Origin: Nemertoderma westbladi
Taxonomy: Eukaryota > Animalia > Xenacoelomorpha
NCBI GenBank assembly: GCA_032718475.1
Contig: JAUCBJ010005469.1
Location: forward strand, 1-36,287
Direction: 5' to 3'
DNA length: 36,287 nt
A program made the position numbers and the translations under genes. Below are positions 1 to 10,155 of the stretch, piece after piece. The notes under the pieces are model-generated. The model had not been told where the DNA came from. It did not search any database and worked only from the letters and a program-made list of their open reading frames with translations. Numbering within the stretch: the first letter of the stretch is position 1; each line of letters starts with the position of its first letter.

Positions 1-27
1 TCGGGATCCCTCCTGGATCCCGTCACA

Positions 28-1648
28 GCATACAGCTCGTTCAACGTAATTGGTGCAGACCAAAGAATTGTGACTGCAGAGATCAGACTCAGTTTGAGAG
101 CCAGCAAACCCAGGACAAGCATGCAAATCAACTATGACTGGGAGAAACTCAGAACTGACAATGCTGTAAAGGATGCTTATACAGTAGAAGTTCACTTGAA
201 GCACTTCAGTCAATGGATGAAGACCAATCCACCGATTCAATATACCAGAATATAATAACAGCCCACAAGGAATCAGCCAAGAGGCATATCCCCCAGAAAC
301 CTCAACGAAAACAGTATTGCCATGGCAAAACTCTGAGGTTACTTGTAAGAGAGAAGATCTTAAGATAGCCTACAAAGTTAAAACCGAACAACCAACAACC
401 GAAAACATTAACAAGGTTGAGAAAGCTAAGGACGATCTTAAATTGGCCTACAACATCAGCCAGGAAAAGTACATACAGGATAAAACTGAAGCAATTACAA
501 CTGCTCACATACAGCAACAATCAAGACTTACCTGGCAAACTGTAAAGGATGTATCTGGTCGGAGAAGTTGTGCAAAGGGGCGCCTCAAAGCCGATAGTCC
601 TGAAGAACGTGTTGGGAAGTGGAAAAATCACTTCAGCAACTTGCTTGGGCAGCCACCAAACATCGAGGTCAGCCCTACAAGGAAAATATATGACAAAACA
701 CTACCTATAGAAACAGGGGACGTCACACCTGCCGAACTCCAAAGAAGCATTAAAAGCATGTCCAATAATAAAGCGAGTGGATTAGATGAAATCCCAGCGG
801 AGGTATGGAAAACAGGAGTGCTAAATAGACCATTATTGAATGTTTGCAACCGGATGTTAAAAGGGGAAAAGCCACCACCAATTTGGACTAAAGGTCAACT
901 AAAGCCTCTCCCCAAGAAAGGAGACCTTGGCATACCAACAAACTATCGTGGGATCTGTCTGCTTGTGGTAGCTGCCAAAATATACAATAAAATGATTCTA
1001 TATAGGATTAGGCCTCACATAGAGAAACTACTGTGTAAGAGCCAAAACGGATTTCGACCAAGTAGATCAACAATAGCTCAGATACTTGCACTACGGAGAC
1101 TGATTGAAGGAATTAAGTCAAAGAATCTCCCCGCAGTCATGACTTTTGTGGACTTCAAGAAGGCATTCGACTCCATCCATAGAGGGTAAAATGCTTGAAA
1201 TCATAAGAGCTTATGGAATACCAGAAGTAATTGTTGCTGGCATTGGATTGTTAAATTGTGACACAGAAGCGCAGGTACTCTGACCAGATGGTGAAACTGA
1301 GTTTTTCTCAATCCTGGCTGGCGTACTGCAAGGTGACACATTAACACCATTACTATTTGTAATTGTGCTGGATTACGCAATGAGGTCGCAAAGGTGAGCA
1401 AAGCAAAGGCTTGGGTAGCTCTATCAAAAATGGATACCATCTGGAAATCAGATCTCTCCAGGCACCTGAAGACTAAGTTCTTTCGAGCCACAGTGGAAAG
1501 TGTATTTTTATACGGGGGTGAGACCTGGACACTGACTAAATCACTTGAACAACGAATTTATGGTTGCTACACAAGACTACTAAGGGCAGCCCTAAACATC
1601 AGCTGGAGACAACACATGACAAACGCCGAGCTTTATGGTACAATACCA
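28..1648 (+). mobile_element. Non-LTR retrotransposon (RTE-like clade), 5' part: end of APE endonuclease, RT and start of C-terminal domain; degenerate
   Basis: AYSSF..GADQRIV resembles the endonuclease SDH motif. RT motifs seen: KASGLDEIPAE, PKKGDL..NYRGI, QNGFRPSRST, FVDFKKAFDSI, GVLQGDTLTPLLF. C-terminal KAWVAL..IWKS..LKTKFFRATVES..YG.ETW follows. Several frameshifts and stops; the YADD region is deleted near 1390. Confidence 0.92.
317..1189 (+). pseudogene. Largest open segment of the LINE reverse transcriptase (N-terminal RT motifs)
   Basis: 290-aa ORF with RT motifs. A frameshift at ~1187 continues as MLEIIRAYGIP...GVLQGD, with an internal TGA. Confidence 0.9.
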
Positions 1649-2315
1649 CAGGGGTGTACCCAAGGGGGGGGGGGGGGGGTAGTGGGGGTAATTAGTAAAT
1701 TCAGAAAGAAAGAAAGAAAGAAATCCCATCAGAAAATTGGAATGTTATTAAAAAATGTGTAATATCAAGAGAGGGATGATTTGTGTTCCGCGAAAGTGTA
1801 TAAAGTACATACACCACCAAAAGTACTGTTTTGAGGAATTCTAGTCTATTCGGTGTCGGTGTATTCCCTGACCAGCTTGTGTGAATGAACTCTATTCACT
1901 CTAGGCAACAGCTAAATGGGTAAATGGAGCCAATATACAGAGCAGAGCAAACTGCCTGGCTTACACTAGCTCAATATAATGCCTAGCTTTACAGACTGCA
2001 TAAGTTACAATATATAATTAAAGCAGACCATACAGCCTAGAAGGCCATTATACAATACATACAACCAACCGCCCCGACAGCACAGCTTATTGGATGGATT
2101 AACTCAAATCACCATTGGCTGTTATACTGATAGTAGCATAGAGGGATTTTATTAGCTTGTGTATTGCCAATATAACTCCTGTGGTGTCCTACCATTACAT
2201 CATTATTAATTCAGTAATTTCCTTTATATGTTATAGTCTCTTTGTCTTTCAAATATTCAATTATTTTCACACACATTTCTGAGGTTTCTTACACACACTT
2301 CATGTTTAATTCAAC

Positions 2316-5300
2316 ATGTCCAAACGTACCTCTTCTATAATAAACTTATTCACGCCTGTTTCTAAGTTACCACATCTTTCTGATTCCGAACCTTCAACTT
2401 CAACCTCGAGCGATGTTGTGAATCCAGATACCCATCAACACCAACCACAATAACAGTAACTGAATCAGGAACAAAGGAGCCTTATAAATCTTCTGTTTCC
2501 TCCGATCCCAATATATTCATACATCAGTATGATATTGGAAATGCAGTGGGTGCCAAGCTGTCAGATTCGGAAAAGTGCAAATTTCTGGAACATAAATTTG
2601 TCCCTCCTTCTGGATTTATTTGGCCTACTGTTGAGCGCGTTATTAATGGTAAAACGGTACCTAAAGTACCAGGTGAAACCCGTCCACCTGAAACAAGGAA
2701 TAGATTACTCGGTTAAAGACTCAGGGTTGTATTGTAAATATTGCATACTTTTCAGCACAAGTGAGGTTGGGCATGGAGCCCACCAAATGACAAATATTTT
2801 TGTTCAGAAACCATTCACAAGAATTGCACGTATGGATGTTGTTAATGAACATAAGAAACTCCAGTATCACGCTAACGCTGCAGCCAATGCTGAGGAGTTT
2901 ACACGTATCATGGCAAATCCTGAGCAAGAAATAACAACAGTCTTAGATAATGCAGCTAAGTTGGAGATTGAGTCGAATAAATCTATTCTAAGGGGCATCA
3001 TCGAATCGATATTATTTCTGGGTAAGTCTGTGTTTACATTTAAATACACTACTGGGGCGATATCCAAAAAAGTGGCCAAACCAGAGTCATTTTTGGGGAA
3101 AAATTAAAGTTCCGTGTAAATAAATTACCGGTATATGTATATTAATTTATATGTATATTAATTTATATTAATAAAAAAATAATTATTTATTACATGGGAA
3201 TAAAAGCAGAACTTTTTTTCACTATTCCCGAGGCATTTTATTTACCGAGCCGAGAGCTAGCTAGGTTTAGGACTAACATGTTTCAGGGCCTCCAGCTGTA
3301 CTGTACCGGTACTGTAGGTAGTTGCACCAGTAGTACTGGTGCAATGTTCTGTAACCTGCTCCTTTCCCTCATTTGGTTAAGTGGCCGTTTATTGTTTTCG
3401 TTAGAAAAGCCTGCCTCTGTAACCTGCTCCTTTCCCTCAATTGGTTTTTGACGTGTGTTACTTATTAGTTTACTTATTATTATTACTTAGTTCACTAAAG
3501 ATAAAATAAATTCACAAAATAAATATAGTATTTCAGGTATAATATTGGTTTATATATTCAAATTTTCTTATATATATTTGTTATAGGGAGAAACGGTTTA
3601 GCAATGCGTGGTCACAGAGATAGTGGTCGCATTAATATTGGTGATGATTCTCACTCCGGTGATATAGATTCTACCGAAGGAAACTTTCGTTCATTGTTAC
3701 AATTCAGAGCTCTGAGTGGAGACAAAATCTTGGACGCACATCTGAAATCGTGTAAGGGAAATGCAATGTATATATCACCCAACAGCCAGATTCAATTAAT
3801 CGATTGTATCACCACAGTTATCAGCAAGGATATTGTAAGTGAAATAAACGAGGCCGGTTACATAAGTGTCCTTGCTGATGAAACAAGTGATGTCTCTTGA
3901 CTGGAACAACTAGGGGTTGTTGTTCGCTACCTCAGGGGAGATAAAGTAATAGAAAAAGCTCATTAAAGTTCATTGCTTTTGCTGAAGTGAAAGATCTAAC
4001 CGGGAAAGGACTGGCTGATAAATTGTTATCCATTCTTTCGGAACAAGGAATTAATACAGACAAAGTTGTGGGACAAGGTTATGATGGGGCTGGAGCAATG
4101 GCTGGGAAATTTAAGGGTGTTCAAGCCATCATAAGGGAGAAGCACAGAACTGCTCTCTACGTTCACTGCGTCTCCCACACGCTAAACTTATCATTGACAG
4201 ATGCTTGTGGAGTTCAACCGATTCGAAATGCTATGGGAACCATGAACTCCATAGCAACATATTTTCGAGCTTCCCCAAAACGAACGAATGAGCTGCGGGA
4301 AGTTATTGAGGTAACTGGGAATGGTGAAACATCCGGACCTAGACACCTTAAGTCTATGTGTGAAACACGATGGGTAATGCGTCATGATTCGGTAAAGACA
4401 TTTCACGCATTATATCCATCAATTGTGACTGCACTTGGTAATATCGCTGAAGCTAACGATGGTAGTTCTGCAAGTGCAGCTTCATTCCTAGCAGCAATAA
4501 CAAAATCCGAATTCGTGATATCGATGTGTGTCCTAAACAACGTTATGGCTGTGAAAAAAGAACCTCTCTGTGCACCTACAGAAAGTGGATATGGATCTCG
4601 TTCAAAGTATTGAAGAGGTGAGTATTGAAGAGGTAGTTTAGTTAGGTGGTACATTCCTGCTGCTGCCATCTATAAAGTTTTGTAGTATAATTTTGATTTT
4701 GTGTTAGCTAGTAAAAAAATTAAAAACATAATTTAATCTTCAATTAAAATATTTGTTTTGGAATAATATAGTATAGTCAAAGTAGCTAGTAATTATTTAC
4801 TTAAGGGACGAAAAGTCTGGGATGGTGGGTGGACATACCAACTATTGTTTATAGAGGTAACCATGATGGCGTGACTGTACAGTCGCTCTGTTGGGACATT
4901 ACTACATAATAATACACCAATACAATACTAAATGTACAGGCCAATACAATACTGTCATGTGCTCTAAACAGCTAAAGCTGTAAAGTTAGTAAATAACAAC
5001 TCGCTGTTAATACTAACGGCGTTGAGTAATGTTACCATTTTGGAATAAAATATAAGTATATTATTCTAGGTTGACGATGTTGTAAAGCAACTACAGCTAT
5101 TTAGAGAAACAGCGGAGTTACCGGGTCCTCTCCCAATTGGATTTGGTGCTATTATCCGTGAGTTGCTCAGTGAGCCATTGTCAATTCCACGGCTATATGG
5201 TCGACAGCGAAATCGATCCAATCCTGTTGCGACGGGGGAGATTGCAACTCCAGAACTCTATTTTCGGAGAACTGTTTACATTCCCTTTATTGAAAGCATC

Positions 5301-5789
5301 ATAATGGAGCTAAAGGAACGATTTTCAGATCACAGAAGTTTACTTCTAGGACTGTCAGCCCTTCTTCCTTCGCAGATTGATAATTCAACAACATCGGACA
5401 TTGACAATATTGTCGATCTGTATCTACCATTAATAACCAGCGACAACATAACCAAGGAAGACTGCCGGGAATGCTACAGGAAGTTGGTCAGAAACTCCAC
5501 ACAAAAAGCGACCACGTACAGTCCTTGCAGCACTGGCTTCCTGCTCGAAGGATTTCAACCCAATAGTTTATGAACTATTGCGTATCTTTGCCACTTTGCC
5601 CGTGTCAACGGCTTCAGCTGAGCGTAGCTTTTCTGCCCTGAAACTGATAAAGAACTACCTCCGCAACACTCTTGGTGCAAAGTCGCTCAAGGCTTTGCCT
5701 TGATGTACATTCACCGTACACGTCCTGTGGACATCAATAGGGTTATAGAACTATTTAGTAAACAGAATCGGAGATTAAAATTTATTTAA
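2316..5789 (+). pseudogene. hAT transposase pseudogene, 3 exons (approx. 2316-3021, 3587-4617, 5070-5789)
   Basis: Starts MSKRTSSIINLF. TTF-type zinc finger YS...GLYCKYCILF; LFLG|RNGLAMRGH; GNFRSLL; LADETSD; GQGYDGAGAMAG; HCVSHTLNL; CETRW; dimerisation domain LRIFATLPVSTASAERSFSALK. GT-AG introns 3022-3586 and 4618-5069 join in frame. TGA at 3898 and several frameshifts. Confidence 0.92.
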
Positions 5790-5790
5790 A

Positions 5791-5960
5791 CTGTATGTGA
5801 TTTGTATCTACTGTATGTGATTTGTATCTACTGTATGTGATTTATATCTACTGTATGTGATATGTATCTACTGTATGTGATTTGTATCTACTGTTTCTGA
5901 TTTGTATCTATTGTATGTAATTTGTATCTACTGTATGTGATTTGTATCTACTGTATGTTA
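5791..5960. repeat. 20-bp tandem repeat (ctgtatgtgatttgtatcta) x ~8.5, just downstream of the hAT stop codon
   Basis: Period-20 array visible directly. Confidence 0.97.
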
Positions 5961-6266
5961 TTTACGATTTTATCAATATCTTGATTTTTTACGATTTTAC
6001 TTACGATTACTGGTCAGATAGGGGGGGGGGGGGGGGGGGGGGATATTACTCTCAAAAATAAAACTGTAAGCTGTTCTATTGTGTTCAGTTTATTGTTTTG
6101 GCTAAAACATCGTGCCACAGTACCCTGCTCCTTTAATTAACACTTGAACAATTAACATTCAACATGATTAACATTGAGGCGGGATATTAATTCGCCAAGG
6201 CGGGTTTTGCGCCCCCCCCCCCCTCCCCCCCTGTCTCCCACTGGTAATCAATTTTGAATTTGAGTT

Positions 6267-6297
<31 letters not shown>

Positions 6298-6323
6298 ACC
6301 AGAAAATCCTGCGTACGCCCCTG

Positions 6324-6598
6324 CATACCACCTGTATCAACCACCCTCCGTGAACGCAGATTAAGATTCAGTGGGCACTGCTGGCGAAGTAAAGACGAGG
6401 TCATACCAGATCTACTTCTCTGGCAACCAACTCATGGAAAGCGTAGTCGTGGACGACCTGCCATAACATATATAGATCAACTCAAGAAGGGATACTGAAC
6501 TTGGGAGAAACGAAATTGCGACAACTATGGAGAATCGGGAAGCCTGGAAGGATCTCATTTCCACTGTCCGAGTTCGCTCGACCTAGTAGTAGTAGTAA
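6324..6598 (+). mobile_element. 3' end of the RTE-like LINE with (TAG)n tail
   Basis: RERRLRFSGHCWR..LLLWQPTHGKRSRGRP..TYIDQL, then MENREAWK...RVRST*, ending in tagtagtagtagta. Confidence 0.92.
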
Positions 6599-6702
6599 TC
6601 TTGTACTTGTAATATTGTACTACTGCCTGTCGTATTCGCCCAAATACGTCAGTAGTATACTATTCTCGTGGTTGAGAGAACATGTATAGTGCAGTATATT
6701 GG

Positions 6703-6852
6703 TGTAAAAGCTTTTGCTGAATTGTCCGGTTATTTTTCCTTATTTTCCCGTAAAATACTCTGTAGTTGGTTTACCAGGCATAAAAAGGCCGTGTCCTTGC
6801 TGTACTGGTGTTTTAGCGGACATAAAAGCTATTTCTTCTGTATTTGTACTTT
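6703..6852 (+). repeat. 5' LTR, U3 portion shared with the 3' copy (true 3' boundary of the LTR not located)
   Basis: tgtaaaagcttttgctg...tatttgtacttt; no difference seen by eye versus 17664-17813. Confidence 0.88.
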
Positions 6853-6987
6853 AGAGGACATAATCCGTAATTCCGTGACGTAAAAGCTCGATACTCTTGA
6901 AAACAGTGCCGCTACCATGACGACGGCTAGCAGCTGATATTGCCACGTCGACGTTTCTTTGTTTCTTTGTTCTCTCGTTGTTCAGGT

Positions 6988-7050
6988 TGACCAATCAGAG
7001 CGTTTGTTGTCTCTGTGTTGGAGGTGTATACAGAAACTCAGTAGTTCAGT
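6988..7050 (+). promoter_or_regulatory. Putative LTR core promoter (CCAAT box, TATA-like motif, TCAGT initiator)
   Basis: tgaccaatcagag at 6988-7000, tatacagaa at ~7027, tcagt at 7038 and 7046. Arrangement is typical of invertebrate LTR promoters; motif match only. Confidence 0.4.
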
Positions 7051-7975
7051 GTTATGTTTTTGCCCAGAGCCTAAGAACCGGCTTTTGGCACCTCCGTGTT
7101 TTTAGTTTTTAGTCTTACACTAGTAGGCTTAATTATAAGGACATATATCCGTTATCTGATGTCTGATCACTGCATTTATCATACATTCAACCATACCTAA
7201 TCAAACAACCTGTGCATACTTTATATTGTTATACTGCTATTTACTGTCGGTTCTTCATAATATGGTTGATGAATTATTATATTTGGAATAACGACAAATA
7301 ACCCCGAAAACCCAATATTCTTGATATACCGAAGGTAAGAGAGAAAGGTTACAGATAAATGATTGCGACCTATGTTGAGTGGTTTGAAGTGAATCTAATG
7401 TTATTTGATAGACCCTACATGATTCGGTCCGTGTTCCTTTTATATGTGACTAAAATCAGTGAAGATCGGCAGATTAGTGTGCAGTATTGTGCAGCATTGT
7501 GTATGAGTGAGACTGATAACGAAGCATTTCCTAAAGAATGCGCCATATATGTGAATTGTAACTAAGCCATATCGTTGTGAGTAGTTTAAGTCATAACTCT
7601 GTTTATATAGATAGAGCGCCACGTCCTAAAGGAACTGTTAATATTTCCCGAAGGTGAATAATATTGTCAGAGATTATATAATACTGTCAGTCGAATAATA
7701 CATTAGGCTTACATAGCAATAAGATTAAGCCGTCGAACCCAATCTCCCGGGTATATCCAGCGGGTGAATGATCGCGCACAGATTGGTTTCGACTAGTGTA
7801 GTGAATCAAATACTTGTCATAGGCTAAAGGCGAATTATTATCTAGAAGACATCCTAATTTGGTGGGTTAAACTGCAAAAGGTCTGAAAGCGCGAACAATA
7901 ACGGATATTGCTTCTTTATTGCAGTAAGCAATAAAGTTGAAAGTACCGGTCAACCGGTAAACCTGAACGGTACAT

Positions 7976-8089
7976 CTGTAGGTCAGTAGGCCCAACTGCC
8001 AGAACCAGTACTGCTGTAGGCCCGTAGGTCCAACTGCCAGAATCGGTACTTCAGTAGGTCTGTAGGCCCAACTGTCCTAACCGGTACTT
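7976..8089. repeat. 38-bp tandem repeat x3 in the retroelement leader
   Basis: Units ctgtaggtcagtaggcccaactgccagaaccagtactg start at 7976, 8014 and 8052. Confidence 0.9.
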
Positions 8090-8268
8090 CTAGTATAAGT
8101 ACATTAGTATTATTCGATTTGATTGTTGCATACCGGTAGGCTGTTTAAGGGATTAGAGATTGATCACCCCTTATTCCTTTATATGGTTTACTTATTTCTG
8201 TCAAGTTTTATTTATTTGTAGGCCAGTATTGAACAGAAGGCGTGTAAGCCTGATCAGATTGTACAGAC

Positions 8269-8840
8269 AATTTGTAGGCTGAGCTGTTGTCTGATTGCTG
8301 TTAAGTCCGAACGGATTGCAGTGTGTGTAGATCACCTGTCCGATAAAGAACGGTTAGGAAGTAGGGGCAGCGAATGCTGTAAGGTAAACCCCCAACTAAA
8401 GAATAAGTCGTACTACTGGGTTAGAACGCATACTACCTAATTATTTCGGAGTCTGCATGTCCTGTAGTTTATTTAGGCTTGAGAGTAGTCTGCCATCGTT
8501 GAGTCTGTACTTTGTTTGTGTAAGTCTGTACGGGTAGCGTATAATATTTATTTAGATAATTTGTAGGCTGGATAGTTGTCTGGCTGTTGTTAGGTCTGAA
8601 CGGATTGCAGCGTGTGTAGATCACTTGTCCGATAAAGAACGGTTAGGAAGTAGGGGCAGCGAATGCTGTAAGGTAAACCCCCAACTAAAGAATAAGTCGT
8701 ACTACTGGGTTAGAACGCATACTACCTAATTATTTCGGAGTCTGCATATACCGTAGTTTGTTTAGGCTTGATAGTAGTCTGTCAGTGTTCGGTCTGCATT
8801 TTGTTTGAGTAGTTTGTACGCGTAGCGTAATATTTATTAT
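8269..8840. repeat. ~289-bp tandem duplication in the retroelement leader
   Basis: Copies start at 8269 and 8558. The central ~120 bp (gtccgataaagaacgg...ggagtctgcat) is identical; the flanks have diverged. Confidence 0.95.
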
Positions 8841-9772
8841 TCAGAGTTTATGCGATTATTCGCAACATTCATTCCCCAAGTTTGTTCCTACAGTAATTGT
8901 GTTTGTTATACATACCGCTATAGTTAAATTAACCCCGGTACTACACGGGCTGCTTGGCGTAGGTAAAGACTGGTGATTTTGTGCATCAGTCACTCCAGCA
9001 GATGCCGTGGTTCTTTTAGCTGTTCAAGTATATTTAACTACAGATTATATGTTATACAAGTACTCGTACCTAATTTAGGGTTTAGTGTACAGTGCTTTCC
9101 GAAAGTAATTAGTGTAGGCATTATATTTGTGTTGTAAAGTGGTTGATAGGCACGTTCGATTAGCTCTATTAACTTCTAGGTAGGAACACTCCGTGATACA
9201 TAACGTAGAACCTATAGCGATACGGCTATAGGTCGTCAGGCGGTGGTATTTTCCTATCTGGACAACGCAGTGTATTTACTACTACTTATTATTTCAAATA
9301 CCGTAGTACCCTGTCCGTTGTAATAACCAGTTTCTAACCCTTTGTTAGGCTGGTTTGTAGACTTCTTGTAAAATTACCCTAAAAATTCGTATTTGTGTTT
9401 TTGTAAATTTTTGTGTTTATTTAGAGATTGTAATCTCACCCGAATTGTACGTAATTTGTAGTATTAAGTAACTTAGGTAAATTAGAATTATTTGTTTTAG
9501 TGTCCTATAAGTAACACTTCACTGAAAGCGCACCGCTTTGTGTAGTGATTACTCCCCAGAAATAATAACATTTATTTCAACATTGACAAAACCCATTAAA
9601 CGGGTATATATATATTATAAATCAACTCAAACGATTTATAAATAGTAGGCCTGCCATACAACAATTAGGTCTCAATATCAGTTGGACTACTGCTCAAATA
9701 ACGGTAATAAAGTAAGTTAAAGTAACAAAGTAACCCTAAAATTCAGAAATTCAATTATTTAAAATAATTGAT

Positions 9773-10020
9773 ATACCGGTATTTACGATAGGCCTATTAT
9801 CTTTATTTCTATAAATTTAGGCTGAAATTATACCGGTACTTGTAATTAATTCTAGTCCAGAATTATATATACTACAAACTGTAAGCTGTATACCGGTATT
9901 CCCGATAGGCCTATTATATATTTATATATATTTGTGCTAAAATTATACCGGTATTCTGTGATAAACCTAGTCTGTAATAATACTTATATAGTTATATATA
10001 CTATAAGCATACCGGTATTC
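9773..10020. repeat. Degenerate ~118-bp (two ~59-bp subunits) repeat anchored on the palindrome taccggta
   Basis: ataccggta recurs at ~9773, 9830, 9890, 9945 and 10009; gataggcctattat occurs in alternate units. Confidence 0.8.
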
Positions 10021-10155
10021 TAATATATTATATATATATCACGCTACACTGAGTAGCAGTATCGGTAATTAATTACTAGGCTAGCAGTTAATACTGAATT
10101 ACTAGACTTGCTTAGACTGTAATATAGCAGTAGGCATCCAACTGTACAAACAAAC

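Larger units (their letters stand above)
1649..6323 (+). mobile_element. hAT-superfamily DNA transposon (ZMYM1/P52rIPK-like transposase), complete with TIRs, inserted in the LINE
   Basis: Left TIR caggggtgtacccaag (1649-1664) vs reverse complement of the right TIR caggggcgtacgcagg (6308-6323): 13/16 identical. Flanks caatacca (1641-1648) and catacca (6324-6330) fit an 8-bp TSD with a 1-nt loss. Removing the element restores the LINE frame LYGTIP|PVSTTLRERRLRFSGHCWR. Confidence 0.93.

Noticed and set aside
2-22. Hairpin cgggatcc/ggatcccg as a terminator or element end
   Set aside because: It is at the window edge with no context or U-tract, so it cannot be interpreted.
7085-7097. tggcacctccgtg as the primer-binding site
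   Set aside because: Not preceded by an LTR-terminal CA, and I cannot match it to a tRNA 3' end beyond a few bases.
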